A DNA stretch of 64,000 nt, from the NCBI GenBank assembly GCA_947174665.1, contig CAMWJV010000005.1:356-64355 (forward strand), given 5' to 3'. The stretch comes from an uncultured Lachnospiraceae bacterium (GTDB lineage Bacteria > Bacillota > Clostridia > Lachnospirales > Lachnospiraceae). This document shows, one piece after another, positions 58,901-64,000 of the stretch. The notes under the pieces were generated by a model, which was not told the DNA's origin, searched no databases, and saw only the letters and a program-made list of their open reading frames with translations. The stretch's first letter is position 1. Every line of letters starts with the position of its first letter. Made by a program: the position numbers and the translations under genes.

Positions 58901-59520
58901 ACCCTGTTAAATATCTTTTCATACGAAGCATTGTAATATGATAAGCCCTTTATCAGTTCCTCTACCGTTGTCTTCTGTTTTTTACATACTTCTGTCATTC
59001 TCACTGACGATTCCTTGCCTGCATTCCACTTTTTTACCAGTGCAAGCGCTTCATCAAAAAAACCTTTAAAAGACACCTGAATATTATTTCTTTCCAATTC
59101 CTTCTTCAGCGAAAAAGAAATGCACTTTCCAAAATCATCATAGTCCGAATAAACTGGTACAACCATGTACGGTTTCTTCTCTTTGGCAAATTTGCAAATA
59201 TCTGCAACAAGTTCCTTATCATAGTTTGCAATTAGTTTAGTAAAACTCTTAAATCCCTCTCCCTTGATGTTTATATGCCCCAAAACCGCACTTATCACCG
59301 TCAACAAATGTGATTTGCCGGTACCATAAGAGCCGTAGAGTATTCTGGAATGAATATCAGAATTACCACGGATTATCCCACCTAGGTATTCTCTGATTAT
59401 TTCCGTCGTTGTAATGTTCGGGATAAAACCCGCAATCCTTTCTTCATCTCGAAGATCAAAACAGATATTCACAGAATACTTATATTGCTTTTTCTTTGAA
59501 ACCAGTTTTGTATAATCCAT
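55957..59520 (-). CDS. Large P-loop ATPase (SspC/BrxC-like)
   Basis: GSYGTGKSH Walker A, LVFDEFGRY Walker B, FPLHP, QNERTFFTYL, L...PYGL. Confidence 0.85.
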   Translation of the reverse strand: MDYTKLVSKKKQYKYSVNICFDLRDEERIAGFIPNITTTEIIREYLGGIIRGNSDIHSRILYGSYGTGKSHLLTVISAVLGHINIKGEGFKSFTKLIANYDKELVADICKFAKEKKPYMVVPVYSDYDDFGKCISFSLKKELERNNIQVSFKGFFDEALALVKKWNAGKESSVRMTEVCKKQKTTVEELIKGLSYYNASYEKIFNRVYSGMSYGAAFNSTAGNLIDNMNYANEAIKDTYRGIVLVFDEFGRYVEDYGEVLKVKSVQDLAEYCDHSDYDNHLILVSHKQLSLYTSKMKKSISDEWKKVEGRFKATSINIKYDQCLSLIGNIIPKNQSHWKTFKNKFEKTLNNLYSQAWDFKGFMLPPETNGGSAFEDGFPLHPITLFALDRLSKKVAQNERTFFTYLAGDEDNTLFSQLQNYNIKEFHFIGLDAIYDYFELNIKSFKTDEAYAVYKKLQYALNKLGTDKKGYQIKILKTMAVISIIADTDVLIADRDTLCCVIDGDQQEVSNAIESLEKKKIIKYMRQYGYYDYFDSSIFDLEKMIEDKLPSINDEMVVRILNEKFADFALYPYRYNETYYINRVFIPAFATKGELTKKSFHNTLPKYYDGTVIFVLDDQADEKEYAQMLGLPKRTLLVVNGKSKAVEEEVKRYIALQYFYSKKEELAEDDPTVVNELSLYSSEQEAIVNELIRKWRMLRDPGTFVINSGSLIEVASEKELSDVLSDIMDATFNRTPRVNNDLLNKNNLTGAIRLARKKAIECIMWQEDIYDGCSTLSPEYNILRATLSKTGIADNNTVKEENRIAEESLNYLPDERHTVSGNPVMNAIQRKLRRAGSERLALSELYEMLKTEPYGLRDGVIPVLLAYALRDYQNVSLYFHGNEHSYTEEELVKALSEPENYTLFICNWNEEESTYIEGLEKLFADYLPKGDGLNRLEELFRAINTHYASISKSARTTEVYISELAKEYRNILNISYKDYNAFFFEMLPRLNSDLQELVIQIGNIKEELESVGEKLYIRVVRVIKQVFDVDDSDDLIQHMQNMYRDEWEEKSQKAFDYTTNNVLDLVSRSSEMDEEHFVLELAKATTGFELTYWADNKINDFEEILRDVVNKLNEYNPEDGLQQGEMKITIESADGVPLITQFSHEKLSATGKTMLKKMKNTLGDFGESISYEEKISILTEIMKEIIG

Positions 59521-59532
59521 CTGTAATTTCCT

Positions 59533-60408
59533 CTATTCACTATAGTATTCATCCAGCAAACTATCATACTGGACATTTGAAAACTCAATAAACCTGTTTC
59601 CAAAGTTATTATTAAGTGTAAGAAGCTTTTTGTTCTCAGCTTCAAGAAGCATATCGATAAGCTTCGAATACCTCATGGGAAAATACTTACCTACTTGCCC
59701 CTTTTCTTCCATAAGCTTGTCTATGCTAATTTGCCCTCTATTACCACTTTCTTCAGGATTATCCATCGCAATCGCATAGACCAGAATAAGCAAAGGCATT
59801 TCCGCTTTGGTCAGGAATTTTTTTTCAATCTTCTTATCTTCATCAACACAAAGCAGGTGTAGCGGTGCCAACATTGGATAGGTGTCTTCATCCATTGCTG
59901 TTCGAATGTCAAACTTCTTCTCACCTATGTATGTATTCTTAAAGCAATTAAACTCCTTATCAACTGCCGCTTTCTTTATGGTCATTTCATTAACTGCAAG
60001 GAAATAATGCAAACCCTCAACAAACTCTTCCTTGGTAAAGGACTGCTTATCCATCTCGTTAAACGCCCAATACCATGCCGTAGCGTTTTCTTCGTTCAAT
60101 GCTATATTTCTATGCAGAAGCAACAAGCTTCCCAGTCTCTGAAAATACCTGTCATTTTTTGCCAGTAAATCAAATAACGGTGTCCTCTTCTCTGCGATAC
60201 CGCCCTGCACCTTTTCTTCTACCGTAAGGCCAGTTGCATCTGCCCAATACCTAAGCGCTCTTATCATGACACGTCCTAAGCCGATTTTATCAACCGCCTC
60301 CTGCTCATTAGCAGGCGAAAAAATCATATTGTCAGTTTCTACAGCTTGAATGATTTTTGTGCCCCAACCACTCCTAAGGTAAAAACTACCATGTTTATTA
60401 ACAACCAT
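59533..60408 (-). CDS. DUF4007-family protein (SspB-like)
   Basis: HGSFYLRSGW..K, GLGRVMIRALRYW, DRYF..LGSLLLLH, ATAWYWAFN. Confidence 0.88.
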   Translation of the reverse strand: MVVNKHGSFYLRSGWGTKIIQAVETDNMIFSPANEQEAVDKIGLGRVMIRALRYWADATGLTVEEKVQGGIAEKRTPLFDLLAKNDRYFQRLGSLLLLHRNIALNEENATAWYWAFNEMDKQSFTKEEFVEGLHYFLAVNEMTIKKAAVDKEFNCFKNTYIGEKKFDIRTAMDEDTYPMLAPLHLLCVDEDKKIEKKFLTKAEMPLLILVYAIAMDNPEESGNRGQISIDKLMEEKGQVGKYFPMRYSKLIDMLLEAENKKLLTLNNNFGNRFIEFSNVQYDSLLDEYYSE

Positions 60409-60500
60409 AGGTTACAGCCCTTTCTGTGCAGCCTCCTATGTAGGAAGCTGTTAATAATAGTATACAACTTATGATGTCCCCAAAAACGGACTCATACTGC

Positions 60501-60698
60501 TTATTCATAACTTATTATTTCGCTCACATTACAATCAAAGTACTTGGCAAGCTTTTCCAACACCTTATTTGATATCGGTTCTCCCTTCCCCATCTTTGCA
60601 ACAGTAGCAGAGCTTAAACCCACCTCTTTGACCAGATCCTGCTTCTGAAGGTTTTTATCAATCATCTTTTTCCATAATCCGTTATAAGATACTGTCAT
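60501..60698 (-). CDS. XRE/Cro-like HTH regulator at the head of the defence operon
   Basis: MTVSYNGLWKKMIDK...LSSATVAKMGKGE..S...LEKLA..FDCNVSEII. Confidence 0.9.
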   Translation of the reverse strand: MTVSYNGLWKKMIDKNLQKQDLVKEVGLSSATVAKMGKGEPISNKVLEKLAKYFDCNVSEIISYE

Positions 60699-61202
60699 AG
60701 TCTCAGTGCCTTTCCTACTATCACTTAATCTACATCAGAAACCACAAAAAAAGTATAGCATAAGGCACGCCGAAAAGCCACAAAATTTATAAGAATAAAG
60801 ATTTTCTTTTATATCAACTGTGCGGGCTTGCAGGGCCAAAATTTTACAGTCCGCATAAACACTGGACTTTACCCCCTTTTCCCATTCATCTTCCACCGCT
60901 CATAGCTCAGTATGTTCCGGTTTTCTGTCAGAGTCTGTTTCCATGTCCATGCTAGTGGTACGGATGACTCTATTTGTGCTTGTGAAAAATTATACACCCT
61001 CCATTCCCGGGAACATCGGTACAATAGTTCTGCATCAAACATTTACCTCACTTCTGCTTCATAACTCATGCCACCAATGTCTTGTCCACGATCCCTTCCA
61101 TATCCTTGGGTGGAATCCGTTTCGCTAAAATACTTCACCCATATGTCTCTGGATAACTTAATAGGCTTGCAAGTACCCCAGAACAATCCCCATAGACGGC
61201 AA

Positions 61203-61244
61203 AAGAGCCACTCTTCTAAGATTTCTCTTAGAAAAGTGGCTCTT
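61203..61244 (-). terminator. Intrinsic terminator of greA-lysS
   Basis: AAGAGCCACT.TTCTAAGA-TTTC-TCTTAGAA.AGTGGCTCTT long hairpin. Confidence 0.85.
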
Positions 61245-61290
61245 AATACTTTTGCTTTACTTTTATTTCAAAGGCTCGCGAGCCTTGACT

Positions 61291-62796
61291 TTACTGGTTT
61301 TCTTTACCCAAACTCTTCATCGTCGGGAACAGCAGCACATCCCTTATGGCAGGGCTGTTTGTCAGCAGCATCACAAGCCTGTCGATGCCGTAGCCGATGC
61401 CGCCTGTGGGAGGCATGCCGATTTCCAGAGCATTCATAAAGTCCTCGTCCGTGGTGTTGGCCTCCTCGTCGCCTGCTGCCAGAGCCGCCTCCTGAGCTTT
61501 GAAACGCTCCCTCTGGTCAATGGGGTCATTCAGTTCCGAGTAAGCATTACACATCTCACGCCCGTAGATGAACAGTTCAAAACGCTCTACATAATCCGGC
61601 TTGTCGGGCTTCCTCTTTGTCAGGGGCGAAATCTCCACAGGATGATCCATGATAAAGGTGGGCTGGATCAAGTGCTCCTCCACATACTCCTCAAAGAACA
61701 GGTTCAGAATATCCCCCTTTGCATGGCGCGCCTCGTAATGGATTTCCTTCTCGTCCGCAAGCTTCTTTGCAGCTTCGGTGTCAGGAATCTCATCGAAGTC
61801 CACTCCCGCGTACTTCTTCACAGCCTCCACCATGGTGAGCCGTTCAAAAGGCTTGCCCAAATCTATCATTTCCTCCGCGTAAGGGATCAGGGTGGTGCCG
61901 CACACCTCCTGCGCCACATAGCGGAACATATTCTCGGTCAGATCCATCATGCCGTAATAATCGGTGTAAGCCTGGTACAGCTCCATCATTGTAAACTCAG
62001 GATTGTGCCTGGTGTCCATTCCCTCATTGCGGAATACACGCCCTATTTCATATACACGCTCCAGTCCGCCCACGATCAGCCGCTTCAGGTACAGCTCCAG
62101 TGAAATACGGAGCTTCACATCCTCATCCAGGGCGTTGTAATGGGTCTCAAAGGGTCTGGCCGCGGCACCGCCTGCATTTCCCACCAGCATAGGTGTCTCC
62201 ACTTCCAGGAATCCCTCTCCTTCCAGATAACGGCGGATGGTGCTGATTATTTTGGAGCGCTTTACGAAGGTATCCTTCACATCCGCATTCATGATCAGAT
62301 CCGTGTACCTCTGGCGGTAACGGATATCCGTATTTGTCAGGCCATGGAACTTCTCAGGCAGTATTTGCAGGCTCTTGGAGAGCAGTACCACAGTGGAGGC
62401 ATGGACGGAAATTTCGCCGGTCTTAGTGGTGAACACCTCTCCCTCAACGCCCACAATGTCACCCACATCATATTTCTTGAAATCTGCATAGGATTCCTCA
62501 CCGATGCTGTCCCTGGCCACATAGCACTGAATGTTGCCCGGCAGATCCTGGACATTGCAGAAGGATGCCTTGCCCATGACGCGCTTGGACATGATGCGCC
62601 CTGCAATGCGGACACTTTTTCCTTCCAGCTCCGCATAGTTTTCCTTGATCTCCGTGCTGTGGTGGGTCACATCATATTTTGTTATTTGAAAAGGATCCTT
62701 TCCCGCCTCCTGCAGGTTAGCCAGCTTATCACGTCTCACCTGCAGCAGCTGATTCAAGTCCTGTTCCTGTCCGTTTGTATTCTGCACCTCTGCCAT
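61291..62796 (-). CDS. lysS: Lysine--tRNA ligase (class II)
   Basis: [29 protein letters not shown]...HNPEF, GIDRL. Confidence 0.99.
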   Translation of the reverse strand: MAEVQNTNGQEQDLNQLLQVRRDKLANLQEAGKDPFQITKYDVTHHSTEIKENYAELEGKSVRIAGRIMSKRVMGKASFCNVQDLPGNIQCYVARDSIGEESYADFKKYDVGDIVGVEGEVFTTKTGEISVHASTVVLLSKSLQILPEKFHGLTNTDIRYRQRYTDLIMNADVKDTFVKRSKIISTIRRYLEGEGFLEVETPMLVGNAGGAAARPFETHYNALDEDVKLRISLELYLKRLIVGGLERVYEIGRVFRNEGMDTRHNPEFTMMELYQAYTDYYGMMDLTENMFRYVAQEVCGTTLIPYAEEMIDLGKPFERLTMVEAVKKYAGVDFDEIPDTEAAKKLADEKEIHYEARHAKGDILNLFFEEYVEEHLIQPTFIMDHPVEISPLTKRKPDKPDYVERFELFIYGREMCNAYSELNDPIDQRERFKAQEAALAAGDEEANTTDEDFMNALEIGMPPTGGIGYGIDRLVMLLTNSPAIRDVLLFPTMKSLGKENQ

Positions 62797-62913
62797 GTCC
62801 GTACCTCCTGCTGCTTCTTCTCTATTTCTCCCGGACGCATATGTCCGACTGGATAGATGCCGGGAACCTCCCTGACATTCACTCCGGCTCTGAAAATGCC
62901 GTCTGTTTCCTCT

Positions 62914-63399
62914 TTATCCGTTGGAGCGCTGAATCTCCAGCACCTTATATGCAAAGTTACCCGCAGCGGTCTCAACCTCCACGGTGTCACCGATCTTACA
63001 GCCGATCAGCGCCTTGCCCACAGGGCTCTCGTTTGAGATTTTCCCCTTGAGACTGTTAGCCTCCGTGGAACCCACAATCTTATATTCCAGCTCCTCGCTG
63101 TACTCAATATCCAGCAGCCTCACGCGGCAGCCGATATTGATTTTGTCCAGATCTACCTCATCCTCAACAACTACCTCGGCGTTCTTCAGAATCTTCTCCA
63201 GTTCCTCAATTCTCGCCTCGATATCCCTCTGCTCGTCCTTTGCCGCGTCATACTCGGCATTCTCGGATAAATCCCCCTGCTCTCTTGCTTCCTTGATCTT
63301 CTGAGCTACCTCCTGGCGCTTTACCACCTTCAGTTCATGCAGCTCGTTCTCATACTGTCTGAGTCCCTCATAAGTTAAGATATTTTTCTTCTCCTGCAT
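62914..63399 (-). CDS. greA: Transcription elongation factor GreA
   Basis: GDLSENAEYDAAK, ISNESPVGKAL; start MQEKKN. Confidence 0.98.
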   Translation of the reverse strand: MQEKKNILTYEGLRQYENELHELKVVKRQEVAQKIKEAREQGDLSENAEYDAAKDEQRDIEARIEELEKILKNAEVVVEDEVDLDKINIGCRVRLLDIEYSEELEYKIVGSTEANSLKGKISNESPVGKALIGCKIGDTVEVETAAGNFAYKVLEIQRSNG

Positions 63400-63479
63400 T
63401 TCGTGCATCCTTCCTGTCAATTCCAGCTTCTGTTAAAAGCCTTATTTCGAACGTATTATAACCACTTTTCCACGTACTG

Positions 63480-64000
63480 TCAAGATAATCTGAATCTGCT
63501 TGCGGTATGGCATTTCGGAATGTTTGGTTTCATTTTTGTCTTTGCGCCCCAATACTTTTTCAGGGACATATAGCTGACCTCCGGAGCCTGTCTCTCCATA
63601 CGTCTGAACTTCCCGTCCACCGATGCAAAGTCAAGCCATATGCTGCCCCCCGCAAGATTACCCGCAAAAAGCTTTTCCTCATCCGTAAAATCCATTACGC
63701 AGACCGGCTCCCCGGATTTCAGTCTGAGTTTACCGAAAGCATTTCCCCCTTTCAGCTCCCGCAATGTAATCGCAAGGCCGTATTCCTCATAAAAGTCTTC
63801 CACCCAGCCCTGCAGCTCTTCGCTCAAATCCTCCTCCCGAAGATACCATTGCAGGCTTTTCATCCGCCGGGCAAATTCCTGCAGTATAGCCGGAATGCAG
63901 TCCGCCGTGCCCAGCAGAATGAAATCAGAGTGCCGAACATATTCCAGCAGCGGCCGAAGCCAGCGCATACTTTTATAATCCTGAAATTCCGGGATGTTCC
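63480..64000 (-). CDS. Hypothetical protein, 3' part (start lies beyond the window)
   Basis: Open frame with host-like codon usage reaching the right edge. Confidence 0.6.
   Translation of the reverse strand, partial: NIPEFQDYKSMRWLRPLLEYVRHSDFILLGTADCIPAILQEFARRMKSLQWYLREEDLSEELQGWVEDFYEEYGLAITLRELKGGNAFGKLRLKSGEPVCVMDFTDEEKLFAGNLAGGSIWLDFASVDGKFRRMERQAPEVSYMSLKKYWGAKTKMKPNIPKCHTASRFRLS

Larger units (their letters stand above)
41355..60800. mobile_element. Defence island downstream of lysS (no integrase seen; boundaries approximate)
   Basis: Visible drop in GC relative to flanking core genes; co-oriented defence-type genes. Confidence 0.7.

Noticed and set aside
53225-60408. Complete type 4 BREX or classical DndABCDE-FGH
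   Set aside because: No PglZ or BrxL, and no DndB or DndFGH; the SMC ATPase lies with the PLD-helicase rather than directly after the PAPS-reductase gene.
60860-61200. Integrase remnant or 57-aa ORF (MFDAELLYRC...) at the island edge
   Set aside because: No recombinase motif recognised and coding status is unsupported.

Overview
A Bacillota (most likely Lachnospiraceae-type) chromosome segment, coded almost entirely on the minus strand. Core backbone: greA-lysS; rpmG-secE-nusG-rplK-rplA-rplJ-rplL; rpoB-rpoC; rpsL-rpsG-fusA-tuf. Between these sit surface-glycan genes (rfbD, Wzz-like, EpsG-like, glf, GT-C transferase), an ECF sigma/DUF3160/CapA operon and an EAL phosphodiesterase. Two visibly AT-rich accessory islands stand out. 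(1) 15.4-21.1 kb, between rplL and rpoB: a candidate new RiPP cluster. An unannotated, Cys-free 55-aa precursor (20901-21068, ending ...EIPLRG) is followed by a hairpin, an RRE-type/MidA-like methyltransferase, a second methyltransferase, an unknown protein, an RRE-radical SAM/SPASM enzyme and an IS66 relic. (2) About 41.3-60.8 kb, downstream of lysS: a defence island with an Ssp-like phosphorothioation module (DUF4007, ATPase, ferredoxin-fused PAPS reductase, group II cysteine desulfurase plus a DUF3343 protein). It is coupled not to SspE/SspFGH but to a PbeABCD-like effector (PLD-helicase, unannotated 53-aa protein, CxC SMC-ATPase, small partner), followed by HNH, methyltransferase and a MORC-like GHKL ATPase behind its own attenuator-like leader. 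Also seen: a multi-hairpin candidate ncRNA after a DIP1984-family gene, a 622-bp tandem duplication of the glf 5' half, and a decaying 22-bp repeat array at the rpmG 3' end. All family assignments come from motif recognition by eye, not database searches.
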